From assembly GCF_009914755.1 (NCBI RefSeq), contig NC_060936.1: 64,000 bases of DNA. One strand, given 5' to 3'. Under the pieces are notes generated by a model. That model saw only the letters and a list, made by a program, of their open reading frames with translations, was not told where the DNA came from and did no database searches. Both the position numbers and the translations under genes were made by a program. This document shows, one piece after another, positions 37,006 to 48,823 of this stretch; position 1 is the first letter of the stretch; each line of letters begins with the position of its first letter. The DNA is from the human T2T-CHM13v2.0 reference genome, Homo sapiens.

Positions 37006-39927
37006 CTATTAGTCTGGCTAGTGGTGTATTTTGTTAATCTTTTCACAAAATGAGGTCCTGGATTCATTGATTTTTTGAAGGGGTTTTCCTGTCTCTATCT
37101 CCTTCAGTTTTGCCTGATCTTAGTTCTTTCTTGTCTTCTGCTAGCTTTTGAATTTGTTTGCTTTTGCTTCTCTAGTTCTTTTCGTGATGTTAGGGTGTTG
37201 ATTTTAGATCTTTCCTGCTTTCTCCTGTGGGCATGTAGTGTTATAAATTTCCCTCTCAACACTGCTTTAGCTGTGTCCCAGAGATTCTAGTACGTTGTGT
37301 CTTTGTTCTCATTGGTTTCAAAGAACTTATGTATTTCTGCCTTAATTTCATTATTTACCCAGTAGTCATTCAAGAGCAGGTTGTTCAGTTTCCATGTAGT
37401 TGTGCAGTTTTTGAGTGAGTTTCTTAAACCTGAGTTCTAATTTGATTGCACTGTGGTCTGAGAGACTACTTGTTATAATTTCCATTCTTTTGCATTTGCA
37501 GAGGAGTGTTTTACTTCCAATTATGTGGTCAATTTTAGAATAAATGTGATGTGGTGCTGAGAAGAATGTATATTCTGTTGATTTGGGGTGGAGAGTTCTG
37601 TAGATGTCTATTAGGTCCACATGGTCCAGAGCTGAGTTCAAGTCCTGAATATCCTTGCTAATTTTCTGTCTCATTGATCTAACATGGACAGTGGGATGTT
37701 AAAGTCTCCCACTATTATTGTGTGGGAGTCTAAGCCTCTTTGTAGGCCTCTAAGAACTTACTTTATGAGTCTGGGTGCTCCTGTATTGGGTGCATATATA
37801 TTTAGGATAGTGAGCTCTTCTTGTTGCATTGATCCCTTTACTATTATGTAATGCCCTTGTCTTTTTTGATCTTTGCTGGTTTAAAGTCTGTTGTATCAGA
37901 GACTAGGATTGCAACCCCTGCTTTTTTTTGCATTCCATTTGCTTCATAAACATTCTTCTATCTCTTTATTTTGAGCCTATGTGTGTCTTTGCACGTGAGG
38001 TGTGTCTTTGCATGTGAGATGGGTCTCCTGAATACAGCACACTGATAGGTCTTGACTCTATCCAATTTGCCAGTCTGTGTCTTTTAATTTGGGCATTTAG
38101 CCCATTTACTTTTAAGGTTAATATTGTTATGTGTGAATTTGATCCTGTCATTATGATGCTAGCTGGTTGTTTTGCCTGTTAGTTGATGCAGTTTTTTCCT
38201 AGTGTCGATGGTCTTTACAATTTGGTATGTTTTTGCAGTGGTTGGTCCTGGTTTTTCCTTTCCATATTTAGTGCCTCCTTTAGGAGATCTTGTAAGGCAG
38301 GCCTGGTGGTGACAACATCTCTCAGCATTTGCTTGTGTGTAAAGGATTTTATTTCTCCTTTGCTTATGAAGCTTAGTTTGGCTGGATATGGAATTCTGGG
38401 TTGAAAATTCTTTTCTTTAAGAATGTTGAATATTGGCCTCCACTGTCTTCTGGCTTGTAGGGTTTCTGCAGAGAGATCTGCTGTTAGTCTGATGGGCTTC
38501 CCTTTGTGGGTAACCCGCCCTTTCTGTCTGGCTGCCCTTAACATTTTTTCCTTCATTTCAACCTTGGTGAATGTGATGATTATGTGTCTTGGCGTTCCTC
38601 TTCTTGAGGAGTATCTTTGTGGTGGTCTCTGTATTTCCTGAATTTGAATGTTGGCCTGTCTTGCTAGGTTGGGGAAGTTCTCCTGGATAATATCCTGAAG
38701 AGTGTTTTCCAACTTGGTTCCATTCTCCCTGTCACTTTCAGGTACACCAATCAAATGTAGGTTTGGTCTTTTCACATAGTCCCATATTTCTTGGAGGCTT
38801 TGTTCATTCCTTTTCATTCTTTTTTCTCTAATCTTGTCTTCTCACTTTATTTCATTAAGTTGATCTTCAATCTCTGATATCCTTTCTTCCGCTTGATCGA
38901 TTCAGCTGTTGATAGTTGTGTATGGTTCACGAAGTTCTCATGCTGTGTTTTTCATCTCCATCAGGTCATTTATGTTCTTCTCTAAACTGGTTATTCTAGT
39001 TAGCAATTCCTGTAACCTTCTTTCAAGGTTCTTAGCGTCTTTGCCCTGGGTTAGAACATGCTCCTTTAGCTTGGAGGGGTTTGTTATTACCCACCTTCTG
39101 AAGCCTACTTCTGTCAATTCATCAAACTCATTCTCCATCCAGTTTTGTTCTCTTGCTGGGGAGGAGCTGTGATCCTTTGGAGGAGAAGTGTTTTGGTTTT
39201 TGGAATTTTCAGCCTTTTGGCGCTGGTTTTTCCTTATCTTCGGTGATTTATCTACCTTTGGTCCTTGATGTTGGTGACCTTTGGATGGGGTTTCTGTGTG
39301 GATGTTGTTTTTGTTGATGTTGATGCTATTCCTTTCTGTTTGTTAAGTTTTTCTTCTAACAGGCCCCTCTGCTGCAGGTCTGCTGGGGTTTGCTGGAGGT
39401 CCGCTCCAGACCAGTATTACCAGCAGAGGCTGCAGAATAGCAAAGATTGCTGCCTGTTCCTTCCTCTGGAAGTTTTGTCCCAGAGGGGCACCCACGCGAT
39501 GCCAGCCAGAGTTATCCTGTATAAGGTGTCTGTCGGTCCCTGCTGGGAGGTGTTTCCCAGTCAGGAGGCGTGGGGCTCAGGGACCCACTTGAGGAGGCAG
39601 TCTGTCCGTTAGCAGAGCTCAAGTGCTGTGCTGGGAGATCTGCTGCTCTCTTCAGAGCTGGCAGGCAGGGAGTTTAAGTCTGCTGAAGCTGTGCCCACAG
39701 CTGCCCCTTCCCCCAGGTGCTCTGTCCCAGGGAGATAGGAATTTTATCTATCAGCCCTTGACAGGGCTGGTGCCTTTCTTTCAGAGATGCCCTGCCCAGA
39801 GAGGAGTCTAAATAGGCAGTCTGGCTACAGCGACTTTGCCGAGCTGTGGTGGGCTCCACCCAGTTCGAACTTCCTGGCAGCTTTGTTTACACTGTGAGGG
39901 GAAAACCCACCTACTGAAGCCTCAGTA

Positions 39928-40146
39928 ATGGCAGGCGCCTCTCCCCACACCAAGCTCGAACATCCCAGGTTGACTTCAGACTGCTGTGCTGGCAGTGAGA
40001 ATTTCAAGCCAGTGGATCTTAGCTTGCTGGGCTCCATGGGGGTGGGATCTGCTGAACTAGACCACTTGGCTCCCTGGCTTCAGCCCACTTTCCTGGGGAG
40101 TGAACTGTTCTGTCTTGCTGGCATTCCAGGTGCCACTGGGGTATGA
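39928..40146 (+). CDS. L1 antisense ORF0-like open frame (72 aa); translation unproven
   Basis: MAGASPHTKL...TSDCCAGS...MGVGSAE resembles recalled L1 ORF0 (MAGAPPPASL...ISDCCASN...VGVGPSE); strong Kozak gtaATGg; antisense within the L1 5'UTR. Confidence 0.5.
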   Translation: MAGASPHTKLEHPRLTSDCCAGSENFKPVDLSLLGSMGVGSAELDHLAPWLQPTFLGSELFCLAGIPGATGV

Positions 40147-41094
40147 AAAAACTCCTGCAGCTAGGTCGGTGTCTGCCCATACGGCCACCCAGTTTTGTGC
40201 TTGAAACTCAGAGCCCTGGTGGCGTAGGCACTGGAGGAAATCTCTTGGTCTGCAGGTTGTGAAGACTGTGGGAAAAGCATAGTATCTGGGCCGGAGTGCA
40301 CCGTTCTTCCCGGCACAGTCCCTCATGGCTTCCCTTGGCTAGGGGAGGGAGTTTGCTGACCCCTTGTGCTTCCTGGGTGAGGCCATGCCCCACCCTGCTT
40401 CAGATCACCCTCTGTAGGCTACACCCACTGTCTAACCAGTCCCATTGAGATGAGCCAGATACCTCAGTTAGAAATGCAGAAATCACCTGCCTTCTGTGTT
40501 GGTCTCGCTGGGAGCTGCAGACCAGAGCTGTTCCTATTCGGCCATCTTGCCACCCTTCCAAAGTTAGTGTTTATGAAGTACAAGAAAGGTGGAGTTGAGA
40601 GCATGAGAATAAAGCGGCTCTGGGTGAGGACTACCATGGAACAGTAGGAGGGGACAAGCAGGTCACAGAGAACTGAGATTATCCGGAGTATAGCCAACCT
40701 GGGCTCCCTGGCCAGGGAGGCAGCTGTGCAAGGACCTGAGTGTTGATCATGGACAGCAAGACTCAGCAAGTCCTCACCTCTTTCCTGTATGTGCCTTCTG
40801 CACAAGGTAGGTCTACATCCACTGCCTGCTCCTGAAGGAGGAGCTGTGTCTAAGAGGGGCCCAGACTCTGCCACGATAACAATCCGCTTGAGGAAAATGC
40901 CCACACCAGGCCCAAGCGCATAGACTAGCTGCCAGGACAAAAAGTGGGCAGGGGATGTAGGGTTAGGTTTAACTTTGATTTTGGATTCCCCTGCCTTCGT
41001 AATTTCTACATGGAATGCACAGACTGAAGAGTCAGGTTTGGGGAAGGGTAGTTTAAAAACCTCATGGAGTAAGAATCACGTCAAATGCCAAGAG

Positions 41095-43292
41095 ACCATA
41101 ATAATTAGAAACACTTTAATTCCTAGCCACTTGGCAGCACTTAAATATCAGAGCCATCCAAGCATGCCAGCCTTTGAACTTGCTCAGCAAGAGTAGATGA
41201 TCACACAACTCTTAAGGTAAATCAAAATTAGATGAAGGTTATTTATTGGTGTGACTTTTTTCCTTTAGTGAGCTTCCTTTACACAGCATGGTGTAAATAG
41301 CATCAGATTGAATGAAAAGTTTGTTAAATGCAACCATAAATAATTATAATAAATATACATCAAGTAACTTTACAGCACACATTTTTTAGGGCCAAGGTTT
41401 GGATCTGTCTGGACCTCAATGTGCTCTCGGAGAAGCAGCCACGTTAGCAGCAGATACCTTACAGCTTGTCATCTACTCAAGTGATGGCCAACAGAAGCTT
41501 CTGAACTCCTCCTGGGGAGGTAGCTGACAAGTCCATTCAAGGGATGAGGACTAAAGAGAACCAAGAATTTAAAGATGTAGGGAGGAAAAACCACTTCTAA
41601 TAAATCGAAAGGCTCTTTCATTATGCAGAAATGAAAATAAAAGGATCCTTATTGTCAGGAATACATCCTGGCTGTGACCCCCCACACTCAAAGGAGCTGT
41701 GGCCGCTGGGGAGGCAGCGGGCTGACCATCTTCTTTCAAAGCAGGGGAACTGCTTGCGGGCACTCACCTCCAGAGTTGACTTGCATCCAATACAACTGAT
41801 GCAGCTGTCATGATTAACCCTAGGTCGATTTCATCCTTAGGTCAGGGGATCCTTTCTATAATGGTCCTTGATGCATTTCCTAAGAGTTACAGGGAGGAGA
41901 TGGATGCTAACGGCTCTATCTCTAGAATTCACAATCTTTCCAGCAGGCCAGGGCACATCTTCTTTCTTGGACCAGCATCCACACTCCAAAACCTTCTAGA
42001 CAGCACTCACTCAAAACTTCCAATATTCACAATATTATACAATAAATACAGCGATGTGATTCTGTGAGACCTGGCAAGGCCCAAAGTGACAGTGTCCAAC
42101 AAGATGGCCTGTGCTGCTCATGAACAAAGTACCACTGGACAAAGACCTATTTGGGGCAAAGATGCAGTGGGTGAGCCTGGAGGCAGCTCAGCCCTGGCAT
42201 ACACACTTACATGGGGTGATGGGGAGTGCTGGGTGGGGCTGGCCAGAGGGGCAGAAGGACCCCCCTGGAGTCTCCATCTGGACTTGAGTGTCTGGGTCAC
42301 TAAAGCAGACCCCAAATTGAGCAGAGCACCTCAGTCCACTCTTTTGAAAATGGGTGTGGCCCTTTCCCTTGTCCTACGTCACTGCAGGGAGGAAGGGCCA
42401 TTTCTGAGCATTTTGTGCTCCTTTTTTGTGGGGTAGGCTTGAATCATGTGCTTTCCTCTCAACCAGAGTCTCGGAGGAGGCCCCCACCTGAGCATTGTCC
42501 CCCATCTCTGGGTGTCTTCTCACCCCCTGCGGCTGGGATGCACCCAGCTAGGCTCTGTGAACTAAGGTCGGGATGAACCCTTAAGTCTCCTGCTCCCGAG
42601 GAGGCCTCAGATGAAAACTGTCAGACCAGGGCCCAAAGAGACAGACGGCAGATAGGGAGGTATGGGAGGGGCAGGGGAACCACTGTGGGCTTTTCCTCAG
42701 AAAAACCAAGACCGGGAGCAAGTTCTAAAGCAGGAAGATGAACACATAAAGCTCCCTGTGTGTCTCACGTGTTTGGGCAATTGGCCCAGCCACCTCTATG
42801 TGGAGGGAGGCCTGCTGGGGCTGCCTCTGGAGCAACTCCAGCTCGAGGCTGGAGGGCAGGGCTGGCCACAGGCTTGTCTGTGGAGGCGCTCTGCTGAAAG
42901 CACGAGCGCTCTGTGTGGCCGAGGTCATTGTACCCCCGGCTTCCTGCTGGGTGGTTCTGTGATGGGGAACCAGCTGGGGCCTTATGGCATTAGAATCTGG
43001 TGGCCATGAGGGACAATGTCCAAGAAGATCAAATTAGACACAAACTGTCTGGGAACTAAACTATCCTACAAATAGACCACAAACAGGCAGCAAAAGAACC
43101 AACCCATCACGAAACGTACAAAGACAAAAGGTTAAGTCTTCCAGGAGGCCCTGGAATGTGGACGAAAGTTTGGAAAAGCAAAATGTTGCCAACTCCTCAC
43201 GCAGGGCCCTGGAGGGACGGGCCGCAGTGGTGGCTTCCCAAGCCAGCAGAGTGGGTGCCTCAGTGACAGCCTAATTCTGGGGCTCCCTCCCA
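41095..43292 (-). other. HECTD4: HECTD4 3'UTR (3' end approximate)
   Basis: Alu-free sequence from the stop codon to minus-strand polyA hexamers. Confidence 0.75.
41115..41247 (-). terminator. HECTD4: HECTD4 tandem polyA signals: AATAAA (41242-41247) and ATTAAA (41115-41120)
   Basis: Plus-strand tttatt and tttaat within an AT-rich UTR end. Confidence 0.7.
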
Positions 43293-43429
43293 TCAGCCAC
43301 TGAGGGGGTCTTCACGGTAGTGAATGGCACAACGAAGTTTCTCCAGCATGATTTCCAGAGAGGAGTACTGGGGAAGCTTGATCATGAACATGCAGGTCTC
43401 CACGCGGATGTAGCGAGAGTCTGGGGAAC
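43293..43429 (-). CDS. HECTD4: HECTD4 last coding exon: SPDSRYIRVETCMFMIKLPQYSSLEIMLEKLRCAIHYREDPLSG*
   Basis: cttgtag| acceptor; putative catalytic Cys codon at 43392-43394; TGA at 43293-43295. Confidence 0.95.
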
Positions 43430-43947
43430 CTACAAGAAACCGAGCCAGCATCAGAGGGTTGGGCCCACATCTGTGAGGCTCCCAGGGAAGCTGGGCTGGC
43501 CTCTGCTTCCAGGTTTGCCTCCTTGGGTAGCCCCAAGCCAATCCTGGGGCCCAGCAGGAGGGGGATGAGGGCCTGGGAACCTGCGAGATGTTCTTGGAGG
43601 GAAAAGGGGAGAGAGCTGCTGGACAGCGCATGTGCCAAACTGCTGATGGGTTTGTCTGCCCAGCAAATTGTTTCTTTTTTTTTTTTTTTAACCATTTTTC
43701 TGCATTTAAAAGTTAGAAGATTTGAAGCATTCTGGATTTTCAGCTTCTTTTAAGATATGAGAAAGTATCTAACAGCAGGCCTGTATGGCTGGTTCCTGCC
43801 GGGCCCTAATCCTCAATGATGTCTGAGTTTTGGCACGTGGGGCTCCTGTTCATTGTTCTCCCTTCACATGGGGCCTGGCAGCCCCAGTTCCAAACAGAGA
43901 AAGGCTAGTGTGTCCCTACTTGGGACATGGCCAGGGGAGGGCGGTAC

Positions 43948-44170
43948 CTGCTGTGCCATCTGGGGGGGCGATCTTCATGGGGTACGGGGGCACATGGGCA
44001 GTGTCGGGACCCCCATCTTTGCAGGGGCAGGTGAACGGGATGCGCTCCTGGTTGCAGGCAAACTTGATGAACTTGCACAGCTCCTCCTGGGTGAACATCT
44101 CCAGGGCCCCCCAGAAGAACTCGATGTGCTGGTCCGTCTCCATCAGCCCCACTTGGTACATGGTGTGGGC
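43948..44170 (-). CDS. HECTD4: HECTD4 exon: AHTMYQVGLMETDQHIEFFWGALEMFTQEELCKFIKFACNQERIP...DGTA(G)
   Basis: ccccag| acceptor, G|gtaccg donor, 223 nt; HECT C-lobe 'IxxFW' motif. Confidence 0.94.
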
Positions 44171-44229
44171 CTGGGGAGGAGAGGTCCAGGTGTCAGGAGC
44201 CCTGGAGCCCCACCTACCCAGTGCCTCCC
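44166..44229 (-). ncRNA. MIR6861: MIR6861 5'-tailed mirtron hairpin in a HECTD4 intron
   Basis: Minus strand ACTGGGTAGGTGGGGCTCCAGG (44201-44222) pairs with TGGACCTCTCCTCCCCAG (44171-44188), which ends on the splice acceptor AG. Both arms match my recollection of miR-6861-5p/3p. Confidence 0.8.
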
Positions 44230-44447
44230 CAGCCCTGGGGTCTGCAGGCCAGGCCCAATCCTGGGGCAGGGTGCAACGTGTGGGCTGTGAGCACAGGGAG
44301 ATGACAATGATGACAATGATACAGGTCTGTGGCAAGGACAGAGCTGAGACAGGCCACTGCCGATGCCTGCTGCTGGAGTTGAGGGTGACAGGGAGGCACG
44401 CCTGGGGCTCACCACCTCCCCGCCCAGCCTGGCCCTGGGATGTCTAC

Positions 44448-44643
44448 CTTGAGGAACTCGAGGTTGATGTAGGGGAGGCCGCAGGTGCGCAGCTCCATCT
44501 CCAGTGGGCTGAGCATGGTCAGCAGCTGCAGGGGGATGATGGAGCCCAGGCCGGCCCGCACGGCCGTCACGCACTCCACATTCTGCAGCTCCCGCAGCCG
44601 CAGGCTCCGGATGGCTGCCGCGTAGATGTCCTTGTTCTCCCAC
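44448..44643 (-). CDS. HECTD4: HECTD4 exon: WENKDIYAAAIRSLRLREL...ELRTCGLPYINLEFLK
   Basis: gggcag| acceptor, AAG|gtagac donor, 196 nt; HECT 'ENKxxY' and 'ELxxCG' motifs. Confidence 0.93.
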
Positions 44644-45014
44644 CTGCCCGGGTGAGGAGCACAGGTGAGGGAGAACACCGCCGAAGAGGCTGGGTCTGGG
44701 GGCCACACCCACTCAGCTGGAGGTCCCGGATCCTCTCTTGGGAGAGGCCTGGGGCCCAGCCGCCCTGGTCATCCCAGTCCTTTCCTGCCTCTGGTGCCGC
44801 CGCCTCAGAGCTGCTGTTTTCTTAGTAAACCCCTTCTGCTGAGGACCCTCTTTCTTGGCACCCACCATCCTGCCTCATCTCCCTCTCCTGGTGAAATCCA
44901 CCTGTCACCTGACCTAGGTCCTCGTGTCATTGCCCAGGAACAGATGCTGCTGTCATACCCTGGCTGGCTGGCCGGGCCAGCCCCTGCCAGCCCCTGACAC
45001 GCGCACACACTCAC

Positions 45015-45181
45015 GCCACAAGGATGTGCCGGCCCCGGCTGCACAGCTCCACCTCCTCGCCCGTCATGGTCAGGTAGGTGAACCTGCAGCAGGGCTTGTT
45101 GGGGCTGTCAGGGCTCTCCGTGGCCAGGTGCTGGGAGGCGATCTCAGCGCACAGGGCCTCCAGCTCGGTCTCATCATTGAT
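45015..45181 (-). CDS. HECTD4: HECTD4 exon: INDETELEALCAEIAS...RFTYLTMTGEEVELCSRGRHILV(A)
   Basis: ctccag| acceptor, GC|gtgagt donor, 167 nt; HECT 'ELxxxGxxIxV' motif. Confidence 0.92.
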
Positions 45182-46245
45182 CTGGAGGGTGGAGGCAGAG
45201 CGAGGCTCATTATGAGGCCATGGGAGGTGGAACCCTGATCCCCAGGTGGCTGGGTAAACCCCAAGCGCAGCTGGTGGGGTCTACCCTCGGCCGTGTAGAT
45301 GAGCATGTGACACAGCTTTCGCCAATCAGAACCTGCCATCAGTTCAGGGCCGGGCGTGTGACCCAGGCCAGGCTAAAGAGACCCACATTCCAGGCCTCTT
45401 CCCACGTCTGTTTGGAGGCAGCGATCCTCTCTCACTGGCATGGACCGACTATGATGGGAAACCCTTTACCACTGGAGGCCACCTCTGCCCGTGCGCTGGG
45501 AGAGACTGCTTGAGGCTAATTATGCTTGCTTTTTTTTTTTTTTGAGACGGAGTTTTGCTCTTGTTGCCCAGGCTGGAGTGCAATGGCGCAATCTTGGCTC
45601 GCTGCAACCCCTCGCCTCCTGGGTGCAAGCAATTATCCTGCCTCAGCCTCCCGAGTAGCTGGGATTACAGGCGCCCACCACCATGCCTGGTCAATTTTTG
45701 TATTTTTAGTAGAGACTGGGTTTCACTATGTTGGCCAGGCTGGTCTCTAACTCCTGACCTCAGGTGATCTACCTGCCTCAGCCTTCCAAAGCGCTGGGAT
45801 TACAGGTGTGAGCCACTGCACCCAGACCGCTTTTTCTTTTTTTTTTTTTTGAGACAGATTCTCGCTCTGTCAGCTGGAGTGCAGTGGCGCAATCTCAGCT
45901 CACTGCAACCTCTGCCTCCTGGGTTCAAGCAATTCTCTGCCTCAGGCTCCCGAGTAGCTGGGATTACAGGCACCCGCCACCATGCCTGGCTAATTTTTGT
46001 ATTTTTAGTAGAGACGGGGTTTCACCACCTTGGCCAGGCTGGTCTTGAACTCCTGACCTCGTGATCTACCCGCCTCAGCCTCCCAAAGTGCTGGGATTAC
46101 AGCTGAGCCACCGCGCCTGTCCTCTTTCTTTTTTTTTTTTTAAAGCAATCTGGATCAGAGGCCTGAGACCAATACCAGATGATACTGTTTGAACACCTGG
46201 ATTTGGCCCTGCCTGAAGTCAAACCCATCATGCTTTTTGTTTTAA

Positions 46246-46462
<217 letters not shown>

Positions 46463-48222
46463 TAGCCAGGATGGTCTCAATCTCCTGACCTCGTGATCTG
46501 CCCACCTTGGCCTCCCGAAGTGCTGGGATTACAGGCGTGAGCCACCGCGCCCGGCCTAAGAGCAACTCATTTTAAACAATTTTTTTCTAAAGCTTGTTGG
46601 AGTTGGGATTTCTGTCCCTTGCCACCAGACAGCCCTGACTTAGTCCTGTCTGTGGAGGTGTACAGGCTGTCGCCTCCCCACATATGGCGACCAGGATCAG
46701 CGTCCAGGGGAAACTGATTCGCACTGTGCTTGCTGGGCTACCAGGGAGACGACAGGGTCGGACCCAAAGGAGACTGACTGCAGCTTGGGGACAGTGACAG
46801 GTGGATGGACATTCGGGTCTAAGCCTGGAGTCTCCTTAGTAGCAACCTCCCTACCCCTTCACCGCAGACACTCCACTGATACAAGTCGAGAGCACTTCTT
46901 CCTAGTATGCACCCCACAACACCATGTGGTTCTGCATCCCATACCCTCTGGGGCCTTGGCCATCCCTGTAGCCAGAAGCCTCAGCTGGCCTGTCTACCGG
47001 GACCCCGCCTCACATCCCCTGCTGCCCCAGCCTGTGCTGCACCCAGAGCCCCAGGAGGACTCCTCGGAGGAGTGCAGGAGACGCATAAACCCCCAGCCCA
47101 CTGTGGGTGTTCTTCCACCCTTTAGACAATGCCTTGTCATCCCTGTTTCTACCGAGAAGCCACTGGCATCCGGGACTCTGGCTCTGCTATTGTCTTGCAA
47201 TGGCTGCCCTGAGTGACCCAGGGGGACAATGGCAGAGACCAGAGACCTGGCCAGGCAGTGCCTCAGTCGGCCATGGAGTATTCTGCCGGCATAGGCAGAA
47301 GCCGCTGGCACCTCCTTCACCTGAGGCCCAGGAGAGAGCAGCTTCTGCCGGGCCTCAGGCACGACGTCCACTCTCGTGGCCTTGAGGGGCGCTGGGTGGG
47401 ACGTTGCCCTCCACACTCAGCCAGGATGGCTCTCTCAGCTGTAGGGCACGTGGTGCTGGAGAGCCCGGAAGTCAGAGCAGGCAGCCCTGGGCTCCTGGTG
47501 GCTCTGCTCCCTGCCAGCTGTGAGGGCCCAGGCAAGTCACCTCCCTTTGGTGAGCCTCACTTTCCTCCTGGCCTTGTGATGATGGAATAAAGCCCTCCGC
47601 CCTCCAACATGAAGGAGACGAGCCTGGACACTCCCTGAGGACAGGGCGAGTGCCCAGAGCCTGGCTGGCCCGTGACTGGGCCTCAGTGACGGCCACTGAG
47701 TGAACGGAAGGACTGTGGACTCCATCTCCCTCCAGGGGGGCACTGGGCAACAGCACCATGCTGTCAACATCTGTGCGTGGCGTACGCATGCCCTGGACAG
47801 GCAGGAAGGGCTCCATCCTGATGCCTCCCCCTTGGTGGACCTCAGGTGGTCCCAGGGCTGACTCCTGTGCTCTGAGTCCCTGAAAAAACTCTTAACCTTC
47901 ACCCCTACAGCTGTTCTCCCAGTGCCTGTTCACTCAGCTCCAGGAGCCCTTGCCCATGGCCAGGCAATGAGCACCAATGTGGGAGGGGAGGGCCAGCAGG
48001 GCTGGTCATGTCACCTCCAATCTCTGCTGCCAGCAGGGAGGGAGGCCAGAGGCCTCTGTCCCCATGAAATAAGCCTTCCTGGCACATGGCTCACACCCCT
48101 AAGGTCCTCTGTGGGATCCCAACCCAGCCTCAGCGGGGAGCTCGGGTCTGCATGGAGGCCTAAGCAAGGTGGCGGGGAGGCCCCGGGTTCTGCAGCCCCC
48201 CAGAACTGTGCCTTGCACTCAC

Positions 48223-48444
48223 GCTCTCAAACTTCTTGACGTAATTGTAGGTGAGGATATCCGCTTCCTGCAGGTCTTGCTCAGGGTCCAAGGGCTCGCC
48301 CACCAGCGTCTTCCAGAAGGAGGGCAGGAGGTCCAGGGGCAGCGGGACGTCTGCCCGAATTGCAATCCCCAGCAGCTGCCCCAGGAAGTGCAGCAGCTGC
48401 TCCTCCCCGTAGGTGATGGGGCTCGGGGTCAGGATATACTTGCC
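48223..48444 (-). CDS. HECTD4: HECTD4 exon: GKYILTPSP...FLGQLLGIAIRADVPLPLDLLPSFWKTLVGEP...KKFES
   Basis: ttccag| acceptor, |gtgagt donor, 222 nt; classic HECT FLGxLxGxAI...W/YKxL motif. Confidence 0.94.
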
Positions 48445-48719
48445 CTGGAAGTGGAGGTGGGCATGAGGTGACCTGGGCGTGGGCCTCTGTGCCCGCCAGG
48501 GAACATGTGTTTCAAGCCACCATACCCTGTGGCAGGCAGGAGAGAAGTCACTGCAAGCTCCCAGAGCTTGCCCATCCAGTGAGGCAAGGACCTGTCCCCA
48601 CAGATTGGGAGGGTTTCTGAAACGGTTTGGCTTTGATGAGACACACACTGCCCGCCACCCCAGCCACTGCGCAGGACATGAGCTCGGGGGCGTGGAGCCT
48701 CCTCCCGGCCTCTGCCTAC

Positions 48720-48823
48720 CTTGTTCTTATTGACAGCTGAGCTGGGGCACAGCAGCAGCAGCGACAGCGAGGAACTCTGCAGCTCCTTACACACCTGCCA
48801 CAGGAAGTGGCGGAAAGAGCCGC
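48720..48823 (-). CDS. HECTD4: HECTD4 exon: GSFRHFLWQVCKELQSSSLSLLLLCPSSAVNKNK
   Basis: cctacag| acceptor, AAG|gtaggc donor, 104 nt. Confidence 0.92.

Noticed and set aside
38215-38817. 200-aa L1 ORF1 C-terminal fragment as a domesticated gene
   Set aside because: The native start is lost and an upstream stop is present; an open remnant of this size is expected for an L1PA of this age.
43830-44825. 331-aa plus-strand ORF
   Set aside because: It is antisense to GC-rich HECTD4 exons and introns, has a non-ATG start and no recognisable domain; it is a stop-poor shadow frame.
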